64,000 bases of DNA. Source: Camelus ferus. Its lineage: Eukaryota. Location of the stretch: assembly GCF_009834535.1 (NCBI RefSeq), contig NC_045697.1, positions 21,392,001 to 21,456,000 on the forward strand. The letters are read 5' to 3'. A model generated the notes under the pieces. That model was not told where the DNA came from. It saw only the letters and a program-made list of their open reading frames with translations, and ran no database searches. Position numbers and translations under genes: made by a program. This document shows, in pieces, positions 38,176-51,071 of this stretch (positions are counted from its first letter, which is position 1; each line of letters begins with the position of its first letter).

Positions 38176-41100
38176 AGAGTTCCTAGGAAGGAGATGTTAA
38201 TTGTGGCAAAAAATAAATAAAAATAAAGTTTAATTATGTTTAAATCAATCATTCCAGACTAAAAGCACAGGCTTAGCAAATACCAAGAAATATTAAAAAT
38301 ATGTGTAAGCTGCTAATATATCTGCTTGACTGGAGTGTATGTAAGTGAAGTTCAACAGTGGAAATGAGCCGTGATCACAATATAGGAGCCATTTAATACT
38401 CTCCATTAGAACTGGCTAATATTATTCCGTAAAGAAAAAAAAAAAAACATTGAAAATAATCAGCAGCAAACAGAATAATGCATCTTCAAACATATTACAG
38501 TCTACCTTTTCAAGAGAAAGATATTAAAACAGTAGACCTAATCCAATAAAATTAGCCTCAGGAATTTATATCCTAAGACCAAAGGACCCACAAAAACATG
38601 TAGAGAAAATAATAGGTGTAAACATGACTATTGACATCTTGTAAATATTTAACATTTATTTTCACTTATAACCTGAAGATTACATAAACTAACACTGTCA
38701 TTAAAATTCTCCACCTTCTATTCTTGTACAACTGTGTGAATGTCTCAGAGTTTAGCAGATCCATTCTCCCCAATTTTCTGTTGTATAATTAATTTTTTAC
38801 TCAGCACAAAAATGTAGGTTTGGGGGGCAGCTTTTCTTCTCTTATAACTTCTAGAAAAGCTGCTAAATTTCTCATTTTTTGTCAGTTGCCCTATAGTATT
38901 TCATAATTTTTTAGTGAGAAGACCAAGGAAGATGGCTTTCCTATTTGCCAATCTTGCTTGCATTTTTTTCCTTCTTTATTTCTATGTGTGTCTCCTCCCT
39001 AGGATATACAAAGAGAAGTAAATGTTATATTTGAAAAGCAACAAAAACAAAATGATCATAATACATTTGTTGAATACTCAACATCTTAATGCTCTTATTT
39101 GTTTATTTATTATTTGATTTCTAGTATGAGATTATAAGTTTTCTGTCTACTTCTTTCTTACAGGAATTTTTAATTCAGAAATAATATTCAACTCCCTGCT
39201 TGAATTTCTTATTGAGATTATTCATTTCTTGATTACATAATAAGTATTGTTGTCAATCTGCATATTGTGATGGTGTGAATTGTGTTCAATTCCAGGTCAG
39301 TAAACAGATATTTTTAATCTTTACACTTTACATTCCAATTTTTATCAGTTTTCTGTTATGTGCGTATATATGTTATATTTTATTATATTTCATTGAAACT
39401 TGAATATTGAGAAGAGAAAACTCTTTTAATACACACCTGAAGGTAATAAGTTGACAAAAACTTGGCATGTTTTAACCAACTTCATCATTGTATGGTTTTG
39501 TGCAAGAGCGATGATCCTTTAACTTTTTTGTTAGCTGTCTTGTCTTTATTTTCCCTTTTTACTGTATTTCTCTCCAAAAGTATAATCTGATGTCTACAAT
39601 TGCATCCTTTTTGGCTAAGAAAGAATTGTTAATTACAGCTGATTTGGCTGGTAAGGGTAAAGGCGGATATTTGATAAATGACAGTGTTATGAAAATGGAA
39701 ATCAGACTCTCTATGTAAGTCTCTTGCAGTGCTAAAGTAAAAATAATTAGACTTACTGCCAATTTTCATAGTCTCTGTGATCTAATGTGCTGAAAATATT
39801 TCAGGAAGAAAAGTTATGTACAACTATTTATACGTAATAGCAAATAAATATATAAATTATAAGAATTTCAATTCATTAACTTAGTGTTTTGGCTATAGGA
39901 AGGAATGAAAACATTAAAAGATTACATTACATACATTAGTGTATTCAGAAAGTTACATAATGTTTCACATTCTGTGGAGGTGTATTTGATATGTCACATT
40001 TATAGAAATAGAAGGAACTATCTGAAAAGAAAAACAGGTAGAGTTTTAGGTTTAAAAAGAGATTTCTGTTGTTACGTGGGAATTTTATATTCATTATAAT
40101 CTACAAATATGCCTATTAAAGATTATAAAACTTGACAAACAAGGAGAAGATTTTGTTCTATGATGACGTATAAGACATGACAGAAGGAAAATGTTTTTGT
40201 AGGAGTTAAAATGATTCAGTATATATACTAAAATTCCTAGCTTAATTGATATTTTATAAATCTATTCTCAATGAAGTTAATATAAAATTTTTATGCTTTA
40301 TTTTCAGCAACTAGACTTTTCTAAAGAATTTACGTAAGTTCAGTATATGTTAAGATTTACTTTATTTTCAGCAGAGCCAGTATTTTCAAATAGCAACTTT
40401 ATCCATTGGTAAGCATACTCATTCACTTGGAGACAATATACTGTGTTTTACTCCATTTGATATTTTCTCTTTACAAACCAGAGTTTTTATAATTTCAGAT
40501 GTTTATATAGAGCGTTACAAATTAATGCATGTCAAAGTCAGTTTTTAAATGCATCTGGGGTGGAAGGAGTGTAGTCACAGTATAATCCTCAGGAAGTAGA
40601 ATCAAAGTCTTCAGCAATTGGGTCATTTATAGATGTACTGTACACATAGCAATGGGTCCACAGATTTTTCTCATTAACTGATTGTACTGCATAAGTAATA
40701 AATAATATGTAGGAATAAATAGTAATAAGAATAATAACTTCCTAAAAGGGATTTTCTTATTGTTATATGATATAATTAATGTAGTAGTTTTTGATTATAA
40801 GTTAACCAGTATAATTATTTAGAATTATTATTATGATATGTTGGAAAAACAATGATCGACATCACAATCCTTTATTATAGTTTTCAACAAGAGAAAAGAT
40901 AAATATAAGTTAAATACCAATCACAAATTGCAAAGTTTTAGTGGAGAGAAACAAACTACAACTTTGATAGTTAAAGTTTTGAAGCAGCTTGCTTTTAATG
41001 GTAACAATGTAAATTCTTCTGATCCCCAAAATATTGCATTACCAACAAAACATTTAAAATTTTACCACAAAAAAATAATCATTTACTCTAATGTGTTATA

Positions 41101-41609
41101 TCCTAAAGAACTGAAAAAGAGACACATCACTCAAGACAGAGTAAGACACAGCCATTACAATTCATTGTCAGTGACTATTTCACACCATCTTAACCCTTAG
41201 AGAAGGATTTTTGAAAAGTTATCATTGGAAGAAATAAAGGAAATGTAAGGAAGTAACAAGAAGTTTTAAAAATGAGAACCAAAAATAAATACTACCCCTC
41301 TTCACAAAGCAATCTTGGAGCAGCTTGCTCCCTTAGGATAACTGTGTTTTGTTTTATCATTTATCCTCTGTGAAGTCTGTAAACTTTTAACAGAGAAACA
41401 ATCAAGATTACAAATGCTGAGGAATCACAGCATTAAAACAATAAATCCCAACTCATCATGTCAGTCTTTCATTCAAAAGCTTTCAGTTTCACATGTCCTC
41501 TGCATTAAATCCGAGATTATTTCATCATCCTCCATAATTTGTCATTGACATATGTTTCCAAGCTTACCAATAAATTTACTTAAAATAAGTGCCACACACA
41601 TTAATTTTT

Positions 41610-42710
41610 TAATAGCTAATGTTTCTTGAGTGGAATACTCTGCCAGTCACTATTCTAATATTATTTTATGTATTATTTTCTTTGATATTCAAAATATTCT
41701 TATCAGGTAGTAACTATTCTTTCTTTTTTTAAATTGAATTATACTCAGTTTACAATGTTGTATCAATTTCTGATGTACAGCATAATGTTTCAATCATACA
41801 TATACAAACATATTCCTTTTCATATTCTTTTTCATCATAGGTTACTCTATGATATTGAACATAGTTCCCTGTGCTATATACAGTAGACACTTGTTGTTTA
41901 TCTATTTTATGTATAGTAGTATCTACAAATCTTGAACTCTCATTTTATCCTTTCCTACCCACTTTTCCCCCAATAACCGTGAGTTTGTTTTCTGTGAGTC
42001 CATTTCTATTTTGTAAATAAGTTCATTTGTGTCTTTTTTTTCAGATTCCACATATAAGTGATACCATATGGTATTTTTCTTTATCTTCCTGGCTTATTTT
42101 GCTTAGAATGATGATCTCCAGATCCATCCATGTTGCTGCAAAAGGTATTATCTTATTCTTTTTTATGACTGAGTAGTAGTCCATTGTAAAAATATAGCAC
42201 ACTTCTTTATCTGTTCATTTGTCAATGGAAATTGAGATTGTTTCCATGTCTTGGCTGTTGTGTATAGTGCTGCCATGAACTTTGGTGTACATGTATCTTT
42301 TTGAATTTGAGTTTCCTCCAGATATATGCCCAAGAGTGGGACTGCTGGATCATATGGTAAGTCTATTTTTAGTTTTTTGAGGAATCTCCGTATGGTTTTC
42401 CATAGTGGCTTCACCAAACTACATTCCCATCAACAGTATAGGAAGGTTTCCTTTTCCCCACACCCTCTCCAGCACTTATCATTTGTGGGCTTTTTAATTA
42501 TGGCTATTCTGACTGGTGGGAGGTAATATTAAATTGTAGTTTTGATTTGCATTTCTCTGATAATGAGTTATATTGAGTATTGTTTCATGTGTCATTTGGC
42601 CATTTGTATGTCTTCATTGGAAAATAGGTAGCAACTATTCTTATTCCCATTTGGCAGCTCAAGAAGCCGGGCTCAGCAGTTAAGGAATTTGCCCAGAGAC
42701 TAATAAAGCT
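41610..42710 (-). mobile_element. MIR split in two (about 41610-41721 and 42626-42710) by an L1 insertion
   Basis: Left part 'tgccagtcactattctaat...tatcaggtagtaactatt'; right part 'attcccatttggcagctcaagaagccgggctcagcagttaaggaatttgccca'. Confidence 0.7.
41722..42625 (-). mobile_element. 5'-truncated L1 (camelid type) with 17 bp TSD
   Basis: ORF 42163-42417 ([29 protein letters not shown]) is the L1 ORF2 C-terminal region. TSD aggtagtaactattctt (41705-41721) / aggtagcaactattctt (42626-42642). Confidence 0.93.
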
Positions 42711-44164
42711 TTTGGTATTGGAGAAAGTAATTGTCTCCAAAGTCTGAGTATAACATTCTCACTTGCCTCCCTAAACATATGTGGACATATAACACAAAAG
42801 ATATAAATGGATCCTAGAGAAAACAAATAAAAAAAGATCTCCCCATTTTTGTGCATGCAGCTCCTTTTCTTTGAATACAGAATGCTCCTCAACCTCCTTC
42901 TACTAAAATCTTCAGATCTTTCACAGTCTAGTTTAAACTCCACCTCCTTGATGAAACAATCAGTAATCAATTATCCATTGATATCAATCTATAATGATAA
43001 CTGAATCCTATTTCTTCTGTCTCTTCTCAGAACCCCACACCAACGTTTTGTTGAATTGTTTTTATTATAAAAATAACTTCCAAACTGAAAAACAATTATT
43101 TGTATATTATGATCATTGCCCTCCCATCATAAATGAAATAAAAGTTCTGTGTCTCATTCTTGTTATCATCTTCTAAATGCTAGACCAGTGCCTTTTTGCC
43201 AGAGAATATCTACTGAACAAATTAATTTATAAAGTTCTCTGGGATTGATAAACAAAGAAGAAACGTTTAGGGGATGTCAACCAGTCAGGCAGAGTCCTCT
43301 CGCTGTCTCTCTCTTTCATAAAGCTAAGCTATCAATTGTAAATCAAGACTGTGACATGAGTAGAACATATTGCTGATGAATGATGCCTCCAGAATTCGGA
43401 AGTTGAGATATTGAATCGTTTTGTAACAGCTATTGTATTGCTGCCAAAAGCAAGGAAAGAATGGTGAATCCTTAGCTTCTGTCATGGGAATATGCAGTAT
43501 GTAAGCATAATCCTGTACAGACTCAGACTAAAACCCTCAGTTTCTCTCCATTGCCTGTGTACAGAAATTCTCCCAACTCTCATGTGGTCTCAACTGCTTA
43601 TTCCCAATATTACATTTTCAGCTTCATCATTCATCACACATCACCTTATTTCTAATTCTCAAGCTGCATTCAACTCCACTCCACTCAGATTTTTCTGCTT
43701 AGATTATATTGTTCCCCAAATCGCTAAGAATTGTTCTCCTTGATTTTTCTTGTGAATACACTGTCAGTCATCCTTCAAGTTGCAGCTTAATGATTTTTAC
43801 CATGATTCTTCATTTGCGAATTATTTACTATTCCGTGTTTACTTACCCTATTACAGTGTTTGTGATATAATTTGCTGGGTATATTCCTTCTCCAGCTGTC
43901 AGATCATAGCATTTAAAGGATAAAAACAACAGGATCTAAGTTCCACAAAAGTAAGGATTTTTTTTCACCCATTTTGCTCACTGCTAGTTGTCCCAGAACA
44001 TTATAGGTACTGAATTTCTGAACGACTATTTTGTGATTTCCCAAAACTCATAGCAAACAACATAATTGTCTATTTCATATAAACAAATTTTCTTAATTGA
44101 AAATTCTGAACACTAGAAAGTGTTTACTGTGGAGTTTATATATGTGAAAAAAAAGCATTGACAA

Positions 44165-44430
44165 TAAATAATCACAGCAAATGTAGTGACTCCAGGTATT
44201 GTTCTAAGTGTTGTATAGATTTTAACATACTTATTTTTCACAAGAACACTCTAAGCAAAAATAGTACTATTATTATAACCACTTCTTCTGCTGAGGAAAC
44301 ACAGGTACTAATCACTAAACAAAGGCTAATCATTTTCTTCAAATCACATAGTTACTAAGTAGTAGAGCCTGGATCAAATCCAAGTCATTTGACTTGAGTC
44401 TCGAGTCTGTCTTTCTCATCTTTGTGCTAT
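44165..44430 (-). mobile_element. MIR
   Basis: 'ccaggtattgttctaagtg...gctgaggaaacacagg...atcacatagttactaagtagtagagcctggatcaaatccaagtc'. Confidence 0.75.
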
Positions 44431-45674
44431 CCTCTTTTCCTCCTCCAGCTTAAGGCTTGCAAAAGAATGTAGGAAAATACAAATAAAAATATTTGAATAT
44501 GATTCAATATAAGTCTTTGGTGAATGATTCAGAAACTGAGCCAAAGCAGAATTTTAAAATAATGTTTTATCTTATAATAGGGACATATCAGCTTATATTC
44601 CTTGTGGAAAGAAGAGAAAACTCATAGGAATAGATGGAGTTGTGGGTAAAATTTAAATTCTGTATAATTTAACTTCATTTTAATTTCACCTTCTATTCAC
44701 TTTTGCGTGTTTGCTCTGCAATGCTTTCCCAGCAGTTGGAAAGGCTACTTAGTTATTTTCTAAGACGCATAAGCACCTGGCAGAGTTTAGAAAGTGCTCT
44801 CCACAGTGTATTTTCAGTATTTTTTTTCACAGTGGACAATTTGGCATAATTACAAGGATCGATTTTATGCAAGTCATCTTCAGTAAGTACATAAGTGAGT
44901 TTTACTCACTCATTTCAGTCGCTGAATTTCTAAGAAAATACATGTTCAATTCTTCCAAGGTATATAATATAGTGCAGTTTTTTTTTTAAACAGTTGCTTA
45001 GAGAACTTCAGAGTTGCAATTAATTCCTGTATTTTATAAGTGATTATTCAATAATATCCATATGATAATAATTTAGGATCACCCACTATGTGTCAGGTAC
45101 TTTTCTAAGCATTTACTTTGACACTGAACAAAAATACTCTCTAGTTAGAGATTTATGAACAGCAGCAGACTGGCAAAGTTCTTTTTTTAAAGCCCTGATT
45201 TATAATTTTTTCTCATTTTCTTGGTGTATACACTAGCAAAAATTTTTCAAGCTTCCATTACGAAGCCACTGAAGATGAAGTTGAGACGAGATGAGTGTGA
45301 TGGATGGTCACAATCTGTTAGGAGGCAGTATAAGCCGGCAGAACACAGCACATTAAAAACTCACATGTCCTACTCAGGAGGCAATGGCAAGTGCTAAAGA
45401 CAAATAAGACAGAATAAGTGAATACAGGGAAGGCAAAGGACACCAAAAAGGATATATCAGAAAAAAAAATTATTAACCAGAATTGCATAGTGAAACAAAA
45501 GTCAAGGGAAAAAGTGTTTTGAAGATTGTATCCTGTCAAGAAGGCAGGGCAATATGTCAAAGGGATAGTTAAAAAAAAAACAAGAAAAAAGAAAAAAACA
45601 AAACCAAGCAAGGATCAGGATCAGGGCCTCTTAGAAATAGGAAACCAGGTAAGTAGATAAATACCATATGTTCT

Positions 45675-45790
45675 TCAGATACTGAGAGCAGGGACCGGGC
45701 TTCATGCATAATTCTGTCTGTAGCATCCGGCACCATGCGTTATACAGGATAGGAGCTCAATGGCTATCTTCAATGACAAATGAATGAATG
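45675..45790 (+). mobile_element. L2 3' end
   Basis: 'tgagagcagggacc...acaggataggagctcaatgg...aaatgaatgaatg'. Confidence 0.65.
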
Positions 45791-46059
45791 CTCTATTTTT
45801 CACTCAATACCCTTTATTCTCAGGCCCACGTGACGAATTTCTCTTTCAGTGTCATGGCGAGAACATTGAGAGAATAAGGGCTTTGAAGTTAGTTACGCAA
45901 CCTTGAACCTCACTACACCATAGAGTTCCTCATTATGTAAAGTGAGCTTCCTTCTCAGAGCTTGGAGCATCACCTCGTTCATTTTAGGGTCCACTTCATT
46001 CTCTCCAATCACAGAGAAAGTGTAGTCCTTCTTTGGCACCAAGGCTGGTGAAGAGATGC

Positions 46060-46255
46060 AGATTGAGAAAGACACGAGTTTGATTCCCACATCTCCTATT
46101 TACCTGCTATGGAGTTTCAGCAAGTTCTTTAGTAGTTCTGTTTCTCACCCGTATAATAATAATAATAACACACGGGCCTATTAAAGAGATTTAGATGTTA
46201 TTATTCATGTCAAGAATGACATTTAGAATATTGTAAGCATTCCATACATACTAGT
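46060..46255 (+). mobile_element. MIR
   Basis: 'gagtttgattcccacatctcctatttacctgct...gcaagttc...tgtttctcacccgtataataataat'. Confidence 0.6.
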
Positions 46256-47019
46256 TCCATTTCATACATAGTGATAGATCAATAATCTATTCAGCAAATG
46301 AATGAATGATGAACCATTCTGACTCTACTCTTCTCTGACTATATGCCCCAAATACCTCCTCAAATGTCAATTTCTTTTCTGGGATAAATTGTTAGTTTAT
46401 ATATTATACACTTAATAGATGTTTTAATAACTTCCATGGTACCCTGGCTATAAATACTCAAAATAAACATTGGCTGATTTTTTTGACATTAATGGGAATT
46501 TAAAAACCATGTATTTTGGCACCTAAGTTTTACAATTGAGAAATGTGAGACTTACCAGCCTCAATTTTTTTAAGACAAAGATGAATAGTGTTGAGATAGG
46601 GGGAAAAAGTTATCCTATTGTACTTCATTGAAGGGGGTGTTACTTACTTTCAAATAATCTCAAAACAAATTATGTTACTGTATAAAACAAAAAATCTTTC
46701 TGTTCATAGAAAGGGAGAGAAGACAAGACACCAGGGGAGCTCATTGGTTTGTTACTGTATTTCTGTGAGGAAAAAAAAAAAGCGAAACAAGACAAAAACC
46801 AAAATAACAATTTTGAGTGCAGGAGAGGAACTGCCATATTCTCTAATACCAATGAAATATATGAATATAATTGTGCGTTTGTATGTTTCTATTTATCATA
46901 TTATATAGAACCAATTTATGTAGTATTCTTTATGTGCCATTCAGTGTTTATGAATGCTTCAGAATATGTTTTGTAGAAATGCACACAAACACTCATACAC
47001 ATACACACACATACAATTG

Positions 47020-47235
47020 TTCAGTCATTAGATCAGGCACTGAGACAAACTTTGTAATCATTACTTCTTACAATAAGCCTATGAGATTGAATCTACTATG
47101 ATCGCATTTTACAAATAAGCACCCTGAGAATAAAAGAAGTGATATGAACAAAGTCACAGAGCTAGTCAGAGGCAGAGCCCAGAACATGAACTCAGTTTTA
47201 TCAGATACAAAGCTGCAGTTAACCATCATACTATG
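47020..47235 (-). mobile_element. MIR
   Basis: 'cattttacaaataagcaccctgaga...aagtcacagagctagtcagaggcagagcc...ttaaccatcatact'. Confidence 0.75.
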
Positions 47236-47239
47236 AGAC

Positions 47240-47680
47240 AGTCACTCAGTCATTCTGCAAACACTTATTGAAGGCAGGATATGTGAGGCTTCACACCAGA
47301 TATTGAAAATACAAATTCTAATAGGGTACAGAGCCTTCTCCTTTCATCAATGTCACAGTCCAACAAGGAAAATAAACATGATAACAAGGAATACATTACA
47401 ATGTGGAATATAATATGATAAAAGAGGCAACACTAAGTGTGCTGGATAAGTACCTAAAACTTTGTGAAAATGAAGGAGTATATACCAGTCCTGAAACAAG
47501 AGTAGACATTCACCAGACCCTAGACAAGAGGAGGCAGACAGAATCTACAGGCTACTTAGGAATCTGCTGTGTTAGCTTGCTAAAAGCTTGAAGAAGCATT
47601 TAGATACTGACAAAGGAGGGAGCATTTAGATTGCGGTGATGAGTTCCAGAGGCTGATGGGGTCAGGCACAAAATGAGGGA
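47240..47680 (-). mobile_element. L2 fragment
   Basis: 'cattctgcaaacacttattgaagg...atgtgagg...tcacagtccaacaaggaaaataaaca'. Confidence 0.6.
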
Positions 47681-50138
47681 AAAATGCAAGCCAAGAATAT
47701 CAGTCTAATAAGTTGCTGTGAATCTCTACTAACTTCACTTTGAATTTAAAATCGCTTTCCATTCCCACACCAAGGTCAGCAGACTAAAGCATCATTGGGA
47801 CAGTGTTTTACACATTTATCTCCTTCAGACTCGGAGGGTAACCTGCTTTATATCTCGCTTAGAATCCCCAGGGATGTCTGAATTCCCTATAACACCATGA
47901 GAAGAAGGTGTTGTCACTTAGAAAATAATATAGAGTCATGCTTTGAGAGCTATTTTCAAGATTTGATATCTTAGGGAACATGACAATCTAACAAAATTTG
48001 ATGACCAGGTAACGAAGGAAAAAAAAAAAAAAACACCCAAACCCTGCAGAATGTAAGCAGGGAAATAAGGGAATTAATTCTCCATAATTTGTTTACTATT
48101 GATTAGTTCTTTTACAACGGCACCTGCAATACAATATTCAGGTACTGAAATAGCCAAGAATTAAGAACTCTAATTAGAAGTACCGTTGAGTCAGCAGTGA
48201 GCACACAGGGGGCAAGGTAAGCTAATAACAGGAACATTTTATTAAAGCATAAGTCACACGTTGACCTGCTTCCAACTATACCCACAGCTAAGTGATGCAG
48301 CAGCTAAAATCCTGACAAAGCAAGTCAGAGGACCATGGGATGGTCCTAAGCAGAGCTAATTCTTAAAAGAAGCACTTTTCAAAAGAGCAGGGCCCAGCAT
48401 TCCTTGTAGAAACCTTCTTAAAGATGTTATTTCATCATAAGCAACTCTCAGCCCACTTAATTGACAATTTTCAGTACAAACAATGTTGCAGATAGATGAG
48501 AAAAAACGGGCAATAAATTCTAGCTGATATATATATATACACATATTTTTTTTTTCAGAGCTGTGTGAAAGAATGGCCAAAAAAAGAAATGTGAGATGAT
48601 GAAAAGTAGGTGGTTGTAAGGAAATGCAAGAATGAATGACAGACCAGGGAAGAAAGGGGAAGAAAGCAAGTTTGCAATGTGAAAGTTCTCTGCTGGTCTG
48701 TGGGGCCCTCCAGCAAATGTGCTTGTTGTTGGCAATATTACACGTGTCAGCTCCATCAGTGGTGGAATGTGAGTTTACTGTAAATGGGAAGAAATCATTT
48801 AAGAAATATTTTTTTCTTCTTAACAGGTTTATTTATTTATGATTTTTGTTGCTCCCTCTTTCAAAATCATATTGATAGGAGAAAGCTTTCTTTCCTATAC
48901 AGGGCAGCTTTATTTGATATTGGTTTATTTTAAGTGGTGTCTGGATCATTCTGCCAGTTTCTCAGTACGCTATTAATTCACAATGGTAAGAGGAAACTAA
49001 AGACAGTCCAGATTTGCTGGTATTTAGGTAATGTGTCATTATTTTTAATGTGTGCAAAGATCTTATATTCACAAGCCTTAGACTAGGTCTAACTATATAT
49101 GTGTGTGTATATATATAAATATATATTTATTCATTTACTTCACCTAACTTACTCATCTAAGCAGGTTCTTTTTGTGTTATTTAACATCAAAATTTAGGAC
49201 TTCATAGAGGATCTAATATAGAGACTTAATTTATATGTAAATATGTGAGGACTTGACCAGTCCGAGGTTGCCAGATTAATTAATGGCACATATGCTAGAC
49301 AAAAAGTATTTGGACTAGCTGTCCAGTGTCCTTATCAGCATCGTCTGCCATATTTCTGATTTTAACATTGCATTAAATGTGAGCTACATAAAGTGAAGAG
49401 ATGCAGGTTGTGTTCTGATTTCTTAGTGACACCGTTCTGCTTCTTTCTTTCACATGGATTCCACCCTGAATTCTTCTAGCTTTTCTCCTCCCAAGTTACA
49501 TTTTCAGGAATTTTGTCAATCATGTTTAAGACCTTTATAAATTTATTCACTGACGTTTATTAGCATTATTTTTAACCTCTGGAACATTTCTGCTCAAAAA
49601 AGCAAATATATTCATGTCTATATTGAACAATTCACTGACAACTTTATAATTGTCTTTTGTTTTTAAAAACATGGTTTCTAGAAGCATAGGTCAATTTTTT
49701 AACACAGATGATTGAAGGCCAGTGTCTGAAAACAATGACAAGAAGTGAACATTTGTTCCTTTCAACAGAAGAAAATATGTGGAGAAAAAATTACAAAGCC
49801 ATTAAAAATCTTAGAGTATGAGCTGGTCTAGAGGTAATTTCTGTGACTAGAGTCTCATCTATTTTGACACTGGGCAATTCGCTGAGAGTAAGAAGTGTGA
49901 ATTTTATTTTTTAAAATTAATATTCCTTGTGTGCGACTCAGAACACAGAAAGGGGAAGCATTTGATTCTATGTGTCATTTATATAACAGACGGCACTAGC
50001 CCAATTAAGCTGAATTTTTGCTGCAGTGAAAATGGTAAGCCAGCGTGGGAACCCAGCAGAAAGTGAATGGCACGGTGCTATTGCTATTACTTCAGACAAT
50101 TAAGCGGGATGCCTCGATCTTAGGTTCATATTTCTCAC

Positions 50139-50566
50139 TGTTGGTTCACAGCCTTGGGAATTTCCTGGGTGAAATCTGAGACTGGCCACCATACATGGAG
50201 GGCAAGGAGAGACAGAAGAAAGAGGCAGCCCACTCCAGACTGGTAGGTGGCAGGGTTAATAAGCAAGGCGACATATATACAAGTCTTGTCTTGGTGCCAC
50301 AAGATGAGTAGGGCTCTGTATCTGCCCATCAGGATCTGAAATCTTACATAAAGATCTCAAGTGAGTTCTATCACGTATGTAGCTTAGATAGTCTAAATGA
50401 CACACTGCTCTCTCAAGGCGATGTTCCTGAAACATATCCTAGTAGGAGAATGGTGGGCACACAATCTACATTCCAAGAATAAGGAAGGGAGTGAGAGACT
50501 CTGATGGCCCAGGTCCAGCTCATAGGTCAAGCAGCAGTCACATCATCTCAATGACCTTCTCCAACA
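50139..50566 (-). mobile_element. ERV-type solo LTR, family not identified
   Basis: 428 bp block with perfect inverted termini TGTTGG...CCAACA and higher GC than the flanks. No clean TSD, and the strand is inferred. Confidence 0.7.
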
Positions 50567-50926
50567 CCAGTAGCTACAACTTGTCCCACCATATGTGTCA
50601 CCAAGGAGGATATTTTTTACAGTATGCAAAACTGAGAGAAATTTGAATGTGATTGCTGCTGTCACTACAACAAATGATTGATTTGTTTCCATGAATCACC
50701 TGTACAGTTAAGATTCAATGTTCAGATTCAGCACCTGTATTATCAGATTTACTCAACTTGGAGAGAAAACCACCAGGCACTGGAATCTGGTGATGAGGAA
50801 TCATATTCTGAAACTGGCCTGAAGGCCTGAGAAGCACAGTGCTTACTGAAGCTCTTCCAGCACAAAACGAAATCCTTTGTGCTTCCAGTACACTGTTGTG
50901 ACTCCTTTTAAAAATACAAACAAGAA

Positions 50927-51071
50927 GGGGGAGGGTATAGCTCAAGCGGTAGAGCACCTGCTTGGCATGCATGAGGTCCTGGGTTCAATCCCCAGTACCT
51001 CCTCCAAGGCTAAATAAATAAACCTAATTAGCTCTTAGCTCCACCCACAAAAAATTTAAAAATTAAAAAAG
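50927..51071 (+). mobile_element. tRNA-Ala-derived SINE (camelid vic-1-like)
   Basis: GGGGAGGGTATAGCTCAAGCGGTAGAGC...GGTCCTGGGTTCAATCCCCAGTACCTCC. A box at 50938-50949, B box at 50982-50992, then an A-rich tail. TSD aaaaatacaaacaagaa (50910-50926) / aaaaatacgaaaaagaa (51072-51088). Confidence 0.9.

Noticed and set aside
45893..46090. 65 aa ORF with plausible composition and a nearby CACGTGAC E-box (45827-45834)
   Set aside because: It starts inside a MIR at a non-ATG codon, with no homology recognised. A single motif is uninformative.
50927..51007. Functional tRNA-Ala gene
   Set aside because: It has stem mismatches, an atypical GGC anticodon, an A-rich tail and a TSD, so it is a SINE.
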